Below, one piece after another: positions 46,149-56,944 of a stretch of DNA of 64,000 nt. The stretch is from an uncultured Spirochaetaceae bacterium (GTDB taxonomy: Bacteria; Spirochaetota; Spirochaetia; SZUA-6; DRHE01). Position 1 is the stretch's first letter. Each line of letters starts with the position of its first letter. The notes under the pieces are model-generated. The model was not told where the DNA came from and ran no database searches. It worked only from the letters and a program-made list of their open reading frames with translations. The stretch is taken from assembly GCA_964627715.1 (NCBI GenBank), contig CAZVHJ010000018.1, positions 6,955 through 70,954 of the forward strand. Reading direction: 5' to 3'. The translations under genes and the position numbers were made by a program.

Positions 46149-46823
46149 ATGAAGAAGTACTCTGCTGTCATCTTTGATATGGACGGGACACTACTCAACA
46201 CCCTGGAAGATCTGGGGGATTGCATGAACCTGGTCCTGGCTCGAGCCGGCTACGCTGCCCATCCCATCGACGATTTCAGGTATTTCGTCGGTGATGGCAT
46301 GGAGAATCTGGTACGACGGGTCCTTCCGGAACAACGGCGAGATGAGGCGACGATTCGACAAATCCAAACGGCGATGGAGGAGGAGTACGGCAAGCACTGG
46401 GCGGACAAGACTGACCTGTATCCGGGAATTTCCGCCCTCCTCGATGAGCTGACGAAACGGGAGATCAGAATGGGCATCCTGTCCAACAAACCCGATTCCT
46501 CTACCAAGGTGATCGCCGAACGCTACTTCAGAGATTGGCAGTTCGATCCCGTGTTCGGTGCCAGAGATGGGGTACCGAGAAAACCGGATCCCGCAGCGGC
46601 GCTTGAGATCTGCAGGCATTGGGAACTGGGACCCTCGGAGGTGCTTTATGCCGGAGATACCAACACGGATATGCAGACCGCTCGACAGGGGGGGATGTTC
46701 GCCGTCGGTGTTCTCTGGGGCTTCCGTTCAAAGGAAGAGCTAATCGAACACGGCGCTCAGGAGCTGGTCGCCGCGCCCCAAGAGATGCTGCCCTTCTTTC
46801 GTGACGGAAGACAGCCCGATTAG
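46149..46823 (+). CDS. HAD-superfamily phosphatase (phosphoglycolate-phosphatase-like)
   Basis: VIFDMDGTLLNT (motif I), ILSNK (II) and YAGDTNTDMQTA (IV). The ATG at 46149 follows GGGAGAAA. Confidence 0.8.
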   Translation: MKKYSAVIFDMDGTLLNTLEDLGDCMNLVLARAGYAAHPIDDFRYFVGDGMENLVRRVLPEQRRDEATIRQIQTAMEEEYGKHWADKTDLYPGISALLDELTKREIRMGILSNKPDSSTKVIAERYFRDWQFDPVFGARDGVPRKPDPAAALEICRHWELGPSEVLYAGDTNTDMQTARQGGMFAVGVLWGFRSKEELIEHGAQELVAAPQEMLPFFRDGRQPD

Positions 46824-47533
46824 ATCCCCCGAACCTCGCAACTGCCAAACAGATCCGCGATCTGGCTGCGGAGCTCCCTTAGAGTTTCCGCGCTGAAGGG
46901 CGATTCATCCCGATAGAGAGGATCTAAAGCCCTCTCGGGGACGAACTGCTGAAGTACGAAACGGCGATGGCCCTGAAGCTGACGAGCCAGATACAGGAGA
47001 TCCTCCCGATTGTGGATCTTCGGAACCAGAGTACAGCGAAGCTCGATCTCCACCTTCGTCATCTTGAGGAGCTCGAGAGTAGCTCTGATCTTCTCGATCC
47101 AATCCTGGTCTCCCTCGGCCAGACCTGCGGCTTTCTGGTAGGCCGGCCAGGTGATCGGCGCTTTGACATCCATGGCAACATAGTCTACAAGACCTTCTTC
47201 GAGAAGTCTTTCGATCATATCCGGATTGGTGCCGTTGGTTTCCAAGCCCGTACAAAGACCAAGCACCTTGACTTCTGCCAGGAACTCAGGGGTTGCTTCG
47301 TTCAGGGTAGGCTCACCGCCACTGATCACCAAGGCCTGATAAAGCTCTCTGTTTATTCTCAAATACTGCAGCACGCTTTCTCCGGGAAGATCCGAAAGCT
47401 CCCCCGGTCGTTGTACCAGATCCGCGTTGTAGCAGAAGGGACAGCGGAAGTTGCAGCCTCCTGTGAACAAAACCGTGGCGATCTTACCGGGGTATTCGAT
47501 GAGAGAGGTCTTCTGCCAGCCTTTAAAAGTCAA
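46820..47533 (-). CDS. nrdG: Anaerobic ribonucleoside-triphosphate reductase activating protein (radical SAM)
   Basis: GGCNFRCPFCYN CxxxCxxC cluster, GGEPTL, and position directly after nrdD. Confidence 0.85.
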   Translation of the reverse strand: MTFKGWQKTSLIEYPGKIATVLFTGGCNFRCPFCYNADLVQRPGELSDLPGESVLQYLRINRELYQALVISGGEPTLNEATPEFLAEVKVLGLCTGLETNGTNPDMIERLLEEGLVDYVAMDVKAPITWPAYQKAAGLAEGDQDWIEKIRATLELLKMTKVEIELRCTLVPKIHNREDLLYLARQLQGHRRFVLQQFVPERALDPLYRDESPFSAETLRELRSQIADLFGSCEVRGI

Positions 47534-47548
47534 TGCGAGAGGTATCGT

Positions 47549-49804
47549 TTATAGAACCGCCGAGTTGTTATGCGCCGGCACCGGTTCCAGGGTATGGGTC
47601 TGCCCATCCACGGACTCCACAGATTCGTCTTCCGAGACGGCGCCTTCCACGAACTCCGCACCCATTGTCTGTTGCTCGAGTTGCCGGTCGTAGGTCCGCC
47701 TGTCGCTGAACTCCACCTGTTTTCCCGGATTCCACTGATCCACCGGGCGCAGGTACCCTACGGAGCGGGACCAAACCTCGCAAGCTTCCCCGCATTTCGG
47801 ACAGGTGCGCTGCTCGCCCCTGAGGTATCCGTGCTGTTCACAGATGCTGAACGTGGGTGTGAGGGTATAGTAGGGCAGATGAAAGTTTTCGGCGATCGTC
47901 TTTACCAATATCTTTGTGGCTTTCACCGCAGGCATCTTTTCGCCCAGAAACGCGTGTAGGACGGTTCCCCCGGTGTACCGGCTCTGCAGCGGGTCCTGAA
48001 GTTTGAGGGCTGCGAACACATCGTCGGTGAAACCGACGGGAAGCTGGGTGCTGTTCGTGTAATAGGGTGCGCGGAAATCCTTACCGTTTCGCCCAGAGGC
48101 TGCATACACATCCTCGCTGTACACTTTGATTTCCGGGAAGAGCTTCTTATCGATCCGGGCCAGTCGAAAACTCGTGCCTTCCGCCGGCGTCGCCTCGAGA
48201 TTGAAGATGCTGTTCGTTTCGGCCTGAAAGTCTGACAGTTTTGCCCGCATGAAGTCCAGAGCCCGCACCGTAAACTCCACTCCTTCGGGCTGGGTAAGGT
48301 CTAAGCCGAGTAAATTGTACACGGCGTCGTTCATTCCGATGATCCCGATGGTGGAGAAGTGGTTCTTCCAGTAGCTGCCGAAACCGGCTTTGATATTGCG
48401 CAGGTAAAACCGGCTGTAGGGATACAAACCTCTGTCCGTGAACTTCTCCAAGATTTCCCGCTTGATGATCAGACTCTCCTTTGCCAGTTCCATCCTCGTG
48501 CCCAGGATTTCCAGGAACTCCTCCTCGGAATCCGCCTCGTAACCGATCCTTGGCAAATTGAGAGTCACGACACCGACGGACCCGGTCAGAGGATTGGAGC
48601 CGAACAGTCCACCGCCACGCTTCTGCAGCTCCCGCTTGTCCAGGCGCAGACGGCAACACATGCTGCGAACATCGTCCGGTTTCATGTCGGAGTTGATAAA
48701 ATTCGAGAAATAAGGAATTCCGTACTTGGCGGTCATCTCCCAGACGGGATCCAGTTCCGTGCTCTCCCATGGGAAATCGGGGATAACGTTGTACGTGGGG
48801 ATTGGAAAGGTAAAGGGTCGACCGGTGGCATCCCCCTGGCACATGGTCTCGGCAAAGGCCCGGTTGAACATATCCATCTGTTCCTGGAACTCGCCGAATG
48901 TTTTATCTTTGATCTCGCCGCCGATAACCACGGGCTGTTTTTTAAGATACTCGGGAGCCTTCAGGTCGAGGGTTATATTGGTGAACGGTGTTTGAAATCC
49001 CACCCGGGTCGGAACGTTCATGTTGTACAGAAATTTCTGTACGCATTGCTTCACCATCTCATAGCTCAAACCGTCATAGTAGATAAACGGAGCCAACAGG
49101 GTGTCAAAGTTGGAAAAGGCTTGGGCGCCGGCGGCTTCACCCTGAAGCGTGTAGAGGAAGTTCACTACCTGCATCAAAGCTACGTCGAAGTGCCGCGCCG
49201 GGTTGGACTCCACCTTTCCCCGTACACCCCGAAATCCTTCGATCAAGAGATCCTGCAGGTCCCAGCCGACGCAGTAGGGGCCGAGAGTTCCCAGATCGTG
49301 GATGTGAAACTCCCCACTGATATGGGCATCCCGGATCTCTTTAGGGTATACGCTGTTGAGCCAGTAGTTACAGACAACTTTCTGGGTAATGTGCACATTG
49401 AGGCCCTGCAGGGAGTAGGTCATGTTGCTGTTCTCCCGCACCCTCCAGTCCATCTCGTCGAGATAATCATCGATGATGGTAATATCTCGAAGAAGTTTGG
49501 TGACTTCGCGAATATTTTTATGCTGTTCCCGGTAAAGAATGTAGGCCTTGGCGACTTTTGCATGTCCGTTCTCGATGAGGATCTTCTCGACGATGTCCTG
49601 GACATGTTCGACGGAAGGAACACTTCCGTCTTCGTACTTGCGCCGTATACCTTTGACTACCTGGTCGGAAACTTTTATCGCCTTTTCGAAATCTCGTCCG
49701 CCTACGGCTTGAACAGCGGCCCAGATCGCATTGGTGATCTTCCCCTGGTCAAAGGCTTCGACTTCTCCGTTTCTCTTCCTGATAAATTCCACTTTGCGTA
49801 ACAT
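47549..49804 (-). CDS. nrdD: Anaerobic (class III) ribonucleoside-triphosphate reductase
   Basis: N-terminal ATP-cone, C-terminal Zn ribbon CEQHG...CPKCG, and glycyl-radical motif SRSVGYLRP. Confidence 0.95.
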   Translation of the reverse strand: MLRKVEFIRKRNGEVEAFDQGKITNAIWAAVQAVGGRDFEKAIKVSDQVVKGIRRKYEDGSVPSVEHVQDIVEKILIENGHAKVAKAYILYREQHKNIREVTKLLRDITIIDDYLDEMDWRVRENSNMTYSLQGLNVHITQKVVCNYWLNSVYPKEIRDAHISGEFHIHDLGTLGPYCVGWDLQDLLIEGFRGVRGKVESNPARHFDVALMQVVNFLYTLQGEAAGAQAFSNFDTLLAPFIYYDGLSYEMVKQCVQKFLYNMNVPTRVGFQTPFTNITLDLKAPEYLKKQPVVIGGEIKDKTFGEFQEQMDMFNRAFAETMCQGDATGRPFTFPIPTYNVIPDFPWESTELDPVWEMTAKYGIPYFSNFINSDMKPDDVRSMCCRLRLDKRELQKRGGGLFGSNPLTGSVGVVTLNLPRIGYEADSEEEFLEILGTRMELAKESLIIKREILEKFTDRGLYPYSRFYLRNIKAGFGSYWKNHFSTIGIIGMNDAVYNLLGLDLTQPEGVEFTVRALDFMRAKLSDFQAETNSIFNLEATPAEGTSFRLARIDKKLFPEIKVYSEDVYAASGRNGKDFRAPYYTNSTQLPVGFTDDVFAALKLQDPLQSRYTGGTVLHAFLGEKMPAVKATKILVKTIAENFHLPYYTLTPTFSICEQHGYLRGEQRTCPKCGEACEVWSRSVGYLRPVDQWNPGKQVEFSDRRTYDRQLEQQTMGAEFVEGAVSEDESVESVDGQTHTLEPVPAHNNSAVL

Positions 49805-49862
49805 AGTTCCCCTCCCAGTCTGAGCAAATCACCGTTGTTGCAGCTTTTTCTTTAAGCCTGCT

Positions 49863-50315
49863 TTAGACTTTCTTTAGTGTCCTCAGCTCCTTCTCAAACG
49901 ACTTGAGATCGGTGAACTCCCTGTACACCGATGCAAAGCGGATGTAGGCCACCTTATCGAGAGCCTTGAGCCGATCCATCACCAGCTCCCCGATGACCTG
50001 AGCCGGAACCTCCCGACTTCCGTAGTTGTACAGTTCCGCCTCGATCCCACTGACCCGCTTCTCGATTTCCTCGCGCGGGATCGGCCTCTTCTCACAGGCC
50101 TTGAGCAATCCGGCCAGAAGCTTGTCCCGGTCGAAGCTTTCCCGCCGCCCATCCTTCTTGATTACCGACACACCCGTCCACTCGATGCGTTCGTATGTGG
50201 AGAAGCGCCGCCCGCAGGACAGACATTCTCGTCTGCGCCTGATCGTATCGAGTTCTTCGAGGTTACGCTTATCCACCACCCGCGTCTTCGGGTGCCGGCA
50301 GAACGGGCATTTCAT
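49863..50315 (-). CDS. nrdR: Transcriptional repressor NrdR
   Basis: MKCPFC...RRRRECLSCGRRFSTYE Zn ribbon plus ATP-cone. Confidence 0.95.
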   Translation of the reverse strand: MKCPFCRHPKTRVVDKRNLEELDTIRRRRECLSCGRRFSTYERIEWTGVSVIKKDGRRESFDRDKLLAGLLKACEKRPIPREEIEKRVSGIEAELYNYGSREVPAQVIGELVMDRLKALDKVAYIRFASVYREFTDLKSFEKELRTLKKV

Positions 50316-50323
50316 ACCCTAAA

Positions 50324-50377
50324 TCACAAGATATTGTGCTCCTATTATATCTGAAACCACAAGATACGCAAGTATCT
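50324..50377. promoter_or_regulatory. Tandem NrdR-box-like sites upstream of nrdR-nrdD-nrdG
   Basis: tCACAAGATATTGTGc palindrome at 50324-50339. An identical CACAAGATA 9-mer recurs 33 bp away at 50358-50366, inside the AGATAC-GCAA-GTATCT inverted repeat at 50362-50377. Confidence 0.6.
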
Positions 50378-50515
50378 CCTAACAGATTTCTAATAAAAAA
50401 GTACTAGAATACGATTTTTGTTAGTATGACTGACTAACAAAAATTTAGAGCCCACCGGGACGGGGTAGCGGATAGGGCTTTTGCTTTTCTGCAAAATACA
50501 CTATCCTCTCATCTT

Positions 50516-51235
50516 ATGTTCGGCCCGTTCATCTTTCCTGAAGCGGTCAGCAACAATTTGCTGATCAGACTTTTAGTCGCTTGTCTCCTTGGCGCTGTAA
50601 TAGGTTTCGAGCGAGATATCCACGGCCGCGCCGCAGGTTTGCGCACGAACATGCTGGTCAGCATGGGGGCTGCCCTGTTCATGCTGATCTCCGTGGCTGT
50701 GGCGGAAAGCTTCTCCGGTGGCCCCGAAAGCACCGGCCTGCGAGTAGATCCTAGCCGTATCGCTGCTCAGATCATCACCGGTATCGGCTTTCTCGGTGCC
50801 GGGGCAATCATCAAAGAGGGGTTCAATATTCGAGGTCTGACTACCGCAGCCTGCCTCTGGGTGTCTGCCGGAGTCGGCATGGCTGCCGGAGCGGGTTTTT
50901 TCGAAATGGCCATCGTCGTGACCCTGATTGGCCTGTTTACCCTTGTGGTTGTGAACAGATTTGAGAAGGTGTACGCCAAGGACTCCTACCGAACACTGGA
51001 AATCACCGCGGCAAATGACGCTGATATCTCCGGGTTGATTGAAGTGGTCAAACGGAAACACCTGAAGATTCTGTTCTTGGATTTCAGCAGAGACTATAAG
51101 ATGAATCGAATAGTCATCACCTTTACGATTCGCCTCTTCCATAAAGGGGTAACCGACAAGCTCGCCCATGGGATCGTAAAAGATCTGGAGAACTCCGGGT
51201 ACCCGATTCACAAACTCAAATGGGGACACGAATGA
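50516..51235 (+). CDS. MgtC/SapB-family membrane protein
   Basis: LLGAVIGFERDIHGRAAGLRTNMLVSMGAALFM signature and a C-terminal ACT-like soluble domain. Confidence 0.85.
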   Translation: MFGPFIFPEAVSNNLLIRLLVACLLGAVIGFERDIHGRAAGLRTNMLVSMGAALFMLISVAVAESFSGGPESTGLRVDPSRIAAQIITGIGFLGAGAIIKEGFNIRGLTTAACLWVSAGVGMAAGAGFFEMAIVVTLIGLFTLVVVNRFEKVYAKDSYRTLEITAANDADISGLIEVVKRKHLKILFLDFSRDYKMNRIVITFTIRLFHKGVTDKLAHGIVKDLENSGYPIHKLKWGHE

Positions 51236-51555
51236 AAACAATAAAAAACAAGATCCTGATACATCGGGATTTGCTGAATCGGGATTGCCAGGCTGGCATT
51301 GGCAATACGGAAGGCCAGCTGCAGTTTCGCTATGCCGTACATATTGGTTATTACCAAAATGGCGGAACCAAACACAAACAGGGCAATCACCGGCAGAGTC
51401 AGATTCCCCCTGAAGATTCGTAGTACCGCTCCCATGAAGGGCCCCACCTAGAAATTGGAAAGAACATAGAACAGGCCGGCTAAGCGCGAGGACAGACCCG
51501 CGGTAGCGTTCTGACCGCCGCTGACAGATCGCCAGAGTCACGCCCCAACTGTACA

Positions 51556-52068
51556 TCAGCCCCAACTCTCGTAGTGCACAAGTTCTACAGTGGGTTTGCG
51601 CTTTTTCTCTCCCGGCCGATCGCTGGGATACCCCAGGGGTGTGAAGACAATCGGCTCGACTGATTCGGGCAGCTTCAAGATCTGCCGGGCCGCTTGAGCG
51701 TCAAAGGCCCCGATCCAGCAGCTTCCCAAGCCCTGATCGGTCGCTGCCAGGATCAGATGGTCCATGACAATCGCAGCATCTATATCGCAGAAGCGCTTTC
51801 CGTCGGTCCGCACCCAACATCTGTCGGTAAGGCCGCACAGGGCGATTACAATAGGGGGTTGGACGAACCAATCCCTTCCGTAGATTCGCTTCAGCTCCTC
51901 CTCCCGGCCATCGGTATGTATGACCAGGATCCTGAAAGGTTGGCGATTAGCTGCGGTTGGAGCCAGACGAGCGGCTTCGAGTACTTTTGCCAATACCGGA
52001 TCCGGGACCGGATCACGCTTATACGCACGGACGCTGTATCGCGCCTGAATCAGCTCTTGAAATTCCAT
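51556..52068 (-). CDS. Nitroreductase-family FMN oxidoreductase
   Basis: RYSVRAY...LEAARLAPTAANRQPFR signature; 170 aa. Confidence 0.8.
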   Translation of the reverse strand: MEFQELIQARYSVRAYKRDPVPDPVLAKVLEAARLAPTAANRQPFRILVIHTDGREEELKRIYGRDWFVQPPIVIALCGLTDRCWVRTDGKRFCDIDAAIVMDHLILAATDQGLGSCWIGAFDAQAARQILKLPESVEPIVFTPLGYPSDRPGEKKRKPTVELVHYESWG

Positions 52069-52158
52069 GACGGTTTCTCCCTTCGAATCTGTTCTTCACC
52101 ACACCCTTCTTTATTGCTCGATCGCCTTCTTATAGATCGTCCCTTCTGGACCCATCAT

Positions 52159-53961
52159 CTATCCGTACAGCGGCCCGAAATTCGTACAGGCCCGGTAATC
52201 CGCACCTTCTGAATCCATGCCGAAGGCCGCCCAGGCGCTGGGACGATAGATCGTCTCCACGTTGTGCATACACACAGGAATACGCAGCATCGAAGCCAGA
52301 GTGATCAGCTCTGCCCCGATATGTCCGTAGCTGAAGGCTCCGTGGTTTGCCCCCCAATTGGCCATCACCGAGTAGACATCGGCGAAGGGTTCTTTGCCGG
52401 TGAGCCTGGGCACGAACCAGGTAGTCGGCCAGGTCGGATTGGTACGGACATCCAGAGCATCGTGGACCTTGGCGGGAAGCTCGGCAGTATGACCTTCGGC
52501 AATCTGTAAAACCGGTCCCAAGCCTCGTACCAGGTTGATCCGGGACATGGTTATGGGCATACCCCCCTGGGTCAGGAAGTCGGTGGAGTAACCGCCTCCG
52601 CGGAAGTACCCCAGATCGGCGGGCCGCCATTCTGTGACCTCGAGGCATTTCTTCACCTCTTCGGGGGTGATCTCCCAGAAGGGCTTGATCACGGGTTTCC
52701 CATCCCGGCTCATTTGTCCGGTTCCGTCCAGGGCGGCGGGTCCTGAATTGATCAGATGGATGATTCCTCCTTCGGCCAATCCTTTGGGAGCAACTCCGGT
52801 GACTCGTTTGATCGCCTCGGCGCTCCAGTAGGTACGCACATCGGCAAAAATCTGGGCGGTGCCCGTAAGCAGATATCCGAACAGCATGGACACGCCGTTG
52901 AGACTGTCATTCTCCGTGGCCAGGATGTGGGGCTCCCGAATGCCGTTCCAGTCGAAAGAGGAGTTCAGAATCGCCTCCATGAAATCCCCGTTGGGAAAGT
53001 GATCCGTCCACTGGCGCTGTCCCTGAAAACCCGCTGCCAGGGCGTTGTGACCGAGCGCCTCTTCGCCGAATCCCAACTCGGCGAGGCGGGGATTGCCCAC
53101 CATCAGGTCCCGGGCGATCAGAGTCATCTGGACTACCCTCTCCCAATCTTTCGACTTTTGGTCGCGGGAGCGCTGCTTATCCGGCGGGTTGTCGTCCCTA
53201 CCCTCCTTACAATTGTCCTTGACCCAGGCCATGGCCCGCTGGAATTCCTCTCTGTCGTAGATCTCCTCTTCGAAACGGCGCACGAACTCGCTCATATCGA
53301 CATATTCATTACGCATGCCGAGATAACTTTGGAAGAAATCTTCCTGAACGATCGACCCGGCGATTCCCATGGACACCGAACCGAGAGACAGGTAGCTCTT
53401 CCCCCTCATGGTCGCAACAGCCAGACCGGCTCGCACAAAGCGAAGGATCCTCTCCCGGACGTCTTCGGGAACAGATGTGTCCCCCGAATCCTGGACATCC
53501 CGGCCGTAAATACCAAAGGCAGGCAATCCCTTCTGGTTATGGGCCGCGAGCACTGCAGCCAGGTAGACCGCACCGGGCCGCTCCGTGCCATTGAACCCCC
53601 ACACCGCCTTGGGCATCAGAGGATCCATATCCATGGTTTCGGAGCCGTAGCACCAGCAGGGAGTGACGGTCAGGGATACACCCACTCCTTCCCGGGCGAA
53701 CTTCTCATGTGCCATGGCCGCTTCCGCTACCCCGCCGATGCAGGAATCGGCGATCACGCATTCCACCGGAAGGCCGTTGGCCTGGCGCAGACTCTCCGTG
53801 ATGATCCGGGCTGCCGTCTTAGCCATTACCATGGTCTGGTTTTCCAGACTTTCCCGCACACCTCCAAGCCGGCCGTCGATGGCAGGGCGGATACCGACTT
53901 TCGGCATGCTTCCCTTCAATCGGTTCTGGGGCGGATTCATCTTCAAATGTTCCGTTGCCAT
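52159..53961 (-). CDS. fucI: L-fucose isomerase
   Basis: Collinear with E. coli FucI as I recall it ([47 protein letters not shown]). GGAGGA RBS 4 nt before the ATG at 53961. Confidence 0.9.
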   Translation of the reverse strand: MATEHLKMNPPQNRLKGSMPKVGIRPAIDGRLGGVRESLENQTMVMAKTAARIITESLRQANGLPVECVIADSCIGGVAEAAMAHEKFAREGVGVSLTVTPCWCYGSETMDMDPLMPKAVWGFNGTERPGAVYLAAVLAAHNQKGLPAFGIYGRDVQDSGDTSVPEDVRERILRFVRAGLAVATMRGKSYLSLGSVSMGIAGSIVQEDFFQSYLGMRNEYVDMSEFVRRFEEEIYDREEFQRAMAWVKDNCKEGRDDNPPDKQRSRDQKSKDWERVVQMTLIARDLMVGNPRLAELGFGEEALGHNALAAGFQGQRQWTDHFPNGDFMEAILNSSFDWNGIREPHILATENDSLNGVSMLFGYLLTGTAQIFADVRTYWSAEAIKRVTGVAPKGLAEGGIIHLINSGPAALDGTGQMSRDGKPVIKPFWEITPEEVKKCLEVTEWRPADLGYFRGGGYSTDFLTQGGMPITMSRINLVRGLGPVLQIAEGHTAELPAKVHDALDVRTNPTWPTTWFVPRLTGKEPFADVYSVMANWGANHGAFSYGHIGAELITLASMLRIPVCMHNVETIYRPSAWAAFGMDSEGADYRACTNFGPLYG

Positions 53962-54016
53962 ATCATCCTCCAAATATCGTTTTTCAAGCAAATTGCGTTC
54001 TCAGCCGCTGTATCCC

Positions 54017-55135
54017 TCAAGAATAGACGCACTCCCGGGCTGCCTCGGCGTAGGCCTGGATGTTTGCCACCGGGGTTTCGAAGAAGTGGTCGGTGCAGGA
54101 GAGTATGTAGCCGCCATCGTACCCCACCTTCTCAAACAGTGTGTGCACCTGATTGCGGATCGTATCGTGAGTTCCCCGGGTCAGGACGTTGAACTGATCC
54201 ATGCCCCCAATCAAAGCCAGCCGGTTGCCGATTTTCTCTTTGTAGTCCCAGGGCTCCTGGTTGCCGCCGATCGAGGGGGCGGCCAGGGTCTCGGAGGCGT
54301 CGCAGCCGTTGGCCACGATATGCTCCTCGATGCCAAAAGTTCCCCCGCAGGTGTGATAGGTGACCTTGAAACCGAGGCTGTGGAGGGCGTCGTGCATCTT
54401 GCGATCGTAGGGCAGGCAGAACTCCTCGTGCAGCCCGGGCGAAATCAGAGTAGAGGAGGCAGAACCGCCTCCGGTCTCTACCAGATCGAACTTGGCGCCT
54501 TTCATGCTTTCGATGAACTCAAGCTTCTTGTTCAGAAGGATCTGAAGCAGCTGGTGCACCCAGTCAGGATAATCCGTAGCTTTGAGGATCAGCTCGGTGA
54601 TGTCCATCAGGCAGGCGGCGTGCTGCCAGCAGCCGGCCTGATCTCCCCAGACAAATCCGCGGACGATGCCGGTATCCGCTACCCTGGTGTAAAACTCATC
54701 CAAGGGCTTCAGATCCAGCGTGGGTACGGGCATATACTTGCGGATCAGCTCGAGATCCTCCTCCTTCTTGATCAGATACTCTGTGATCCAGGTGGTCTTT
54801 CGGTCCCCCCCGGTCTTGTAGGTCAACACGCCTTCCGGGGTGGTGATTGTATGGTGGTTGATGCGGTTGTCCGGATCGTCGGAGATCACCGCCACCTCGT
54901 CCCGCCACTCCGGCGTGGAAGCCTTAGTGTAATCGGCATCCACCAGCCAGAACTGACCCATGTCTTCGAAGTATTGGATCTGCCCGTCCATCCCGAACTT
55001 TTGGAATGCCTCGACATCGCTGATTCCGTCGAGATACTCGTCGAGATGGTAACCCTGCCACTGATGCACGGAAACCGGCAGCCGATCCGGCTTTTCTTTA
55101 TTTAGGGCACACATCAAGCGTTCTTTGGATGTCAC
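54017..55135 (-). CDS. URO-D-fold protein, paralog P4
   Basis: AGGAGGA 5 nt before the in-frame GTG at 55135, giving N-terminus (M)TSKERLMCALNKEKPDRLP like the other paralogs. YHTCGG (H-x-C-G) and a later LSCTDH Cys. Confidence 0.75.
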   Translation of the reverse strand: MTSKERLMCALNKEKPDRLPVSVHQWQGYHLDEYLDGISDVEAFQKFGMDGQIQYFEDMGQFWLVDADYTKASTPEWRDEVAVISDDPDNRINHHTITTPEGVLTYKTGGDRKTTWITEYLIKKEEDLELIRKYMPVPTLDLKPLDEFYTRVADTGIVRGFVWGDQAGCWQHAACLMDITELILKATDYPDWVHQLLQILLNKKLEFIESMKGAKFDLVETGGGSASSTLISPGLHEEFCLPYDRKMHDALHSLGFKVTYHTCGGTFGIEEHIVANGCDASETLAAPSIGGNQEPWDYKEKIGNRLALIGGMDQFNVLTRGTHDTIRNQVHTLFEKVGYDGGYILSCTDHFFETPVANIQAYAEAARECVYS

Positions 55136-55145
55136 TTCAATCCTC

Positions 55146-56012
55146 CTATCCCTTAACCGCTCCAAGGGTCAAGCCACGCAGCAACTGCCGTTGCACAATG
55201 ATCACAAAGATAATCGCCGGAATGAGCATCAGCACTGACATTGCGCACATACCCCGCCAATCCGAGACGAACTCACCGGTAAAGTCGAACAGACCCACCG
55301 GAAAGGTTTTCGAGGCGGTGGTCCTGCTGACCACACTGGCAATCGCAAACTCGTTCCAAGAGGTGAGGAAGGCGAATATGCCGCTGGCCGCCAACCCCGG
55401 TCCCACCAGGGGAAGCTCAACCCGGAGAAAGGCCGTCCACTTGGAACAGCCGTCGATCAGAGCCGCATCGTTGAGGCTCTCCGGGATCTCCCCGATGAAC
55501 CCGGCCATCAACCAAGCGGTAAACGGCACGTTCAGGGAGGCGTGGGCTAGAACCAATCCAAGGGATGTGTCGGCCAATCCCATCCGGGTAAATAAAAAGA
55601 ACAGAGGCAGGCTCAGCGCAATCCCCGGTATCGCCCTGGCCAGCATCAAGGAGAGAAAGATGCCATTCCTTCCTTTGAATTTAAAGCTGGAAAAGGCGTA
55701 GGCCGCCAGAGTGCCGATGACCAGGGCCAGGGCGGTGCTAAAGACTGCGGTAATCAGAGAGTTGCGCAGGTAGGCGCCGAAGGGGACATTCTCGCCAAAG
55801 GCGAATCGTTCCGGATTGACCCCAAAACCTAAAAGCGCCAAGTAGGAGTCGAAGTTGAAGTTCCTCGAGATCCATACCGGAGGACGGGTGTTGATCTCAA
55901 TGTTAGGGCGCAGCGAGGTAGAAATCAGCCAGAGTACAGGTACGAAGAACAGGCCGAGTACGATTCCAGTCGTGATTTTCGAAGAAATGTAACGATGGTG
56001 TTTCATGCTCAT
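55146..56012 (-). CDS. Carbohydrate ABC transporter permease (MalG-like)
   Basis: 288 aa, 6 TM segments, EAA loop (LNDAALIDGCSKWTAFLRVELP). Start overlaps the upstream stop. Confidence 0.85.
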   Translation of the reverse strand: MSMKHHRYISSKITTGIVLGLFFVPVLWLISTSLRPNIEINTRPPVWISRNFNFDSYLALLGFGVNPERFAFGENVPFGAYLRNSLITAVFSTALALVIGTLAAYAFSSFKFKGRNGIFLSLMLARAIPGIALSLPLFFLFTRMGLADTSLGLVLAHASLNVPFTAWLMAGFIGEIPESLNDAALIDGCSKWTAFLRVELPLVGPGLAASGIFAFLTSWNEFAIASVVSRTTASKTFPVGLFDFTGEFVSDWRGMCAMSVLMLIPAIIFVIIVQRQLLRGLTLGAVKG

Positions 56013-56944
56013 ACGCCCCTCACTCTCCGCGTCTTGATGAGCTGCTTGAAAAAATAGAAGGTAAAGGCAATCGCAATCAGTACTGTGATGTAGCTCATCG
56101 CGCTACCGATGGCGAAGTTCTGGCTGGTAAAAGCCAAGCGGTATACATAGGTCCAGATCAGCTCAGTACGGTGGGCCGGACCGCCTCCTGTCATGATGCT
56201 GACCAGGTCGTAGGCTCGGGCTACATCCAAAGAGCGGACCGCCAGAGCGATGTAGATGAATGGTGCGACCGAAGGCACGGTCACGTGAATGAACTTCTGC
56301 CACTCCGTGGTTCCGTCCACCTCCGCCGCATCGATGATGTCGGGGGAAATCGACAGGATTCCAGCCAGGAAAATGATCACCATAAAAGGAGTACTCATCC
56401 ATATTTCGGCGACCAGTATTGTGATAAAACCGAGGGGTTTTTGGATGAGCCAGGGGATGATCATCGGCTCCTGAAAGATCTCGAACAGGATATTGTTCAC
56501 CAGGCCGACCTGATCGTTGAAGATCCACTTGAACTGAAATCCAACCAGGATCGGTGCAAACATCATCGGCATCATCAGGATGGTCCGCAGGATACCCTGC
56601 CCCCGCACCACGTGACTCATCGCGTTGGCGATAAAGAGTCCCAACACCAGTTCCACGTTTACCGTGATCATGATGTACAGCACCGTTCGTCCCAAAGCGG
56701 GTAAAAACACGGAATCCTGAAACAGCAGAACGTAGTTACGAAAACCTACGAATTTTGGAGCGGACTGGCTGACCAGGGTGAAATTGGTGAAGCTCAAGTA
56801 CAGGGAGTAGATCATCGGAAAGGCGATGACGAATATGATGAGCGCCGCTGCCGGAAGCAAGAGGAAAACCGGCAGGCGCCTCTCCTCCAGCATCACGGAG
56901 GAGTGCTTTTGTTTTTCTTTGTTCTGTTTCTCTTTGGCAACCAT
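56009..56944 (-). CDS. Carbohydrate ABC transporter permease (MalF-like)
   Basis: 311 aa with EAA loop (IIDAAEVDGTTEWQKFIHVTVP). GGAGAG RBS. Confidence 0.85.
   Translation of the reverse strand: MVAKEKQNKEKQKHSSVMLEERRLPVFLLLPAAALIIFVIAFPMIYSLYLSFTNFTLVSQSAPKFVGFRNYVLLFQDSVFLPALGRTVLYIMITVNVELVLGLFIANAMSHVVRGQGILRTILMMPMMFAPILVGFQFKWIFNDQVGLVNNILFEIFQEPMIIPWLIQKPLGFITILVAEIWMSTPFMVIIFLAGILSISPDIIDAAEVDGTTEWQKFIHVTVPSVAPFIYIALAVRSLDVARAYDLVSIMTGGGPAHRTELIWTYVYRLAFTSQNFAIGSAMSYITVLIAIAFTFYFFKQLIKTRRVRGV

Noticed and set aside
51208-51447. 79-aa hydrophobic ORF between the nitroreductase and MgtC-family genes.
   Set aside because: Its 3' end overlaps the MgtC-family 3' end. There is no clear RBS or family signature, so it cannot be supported from sequence alone.
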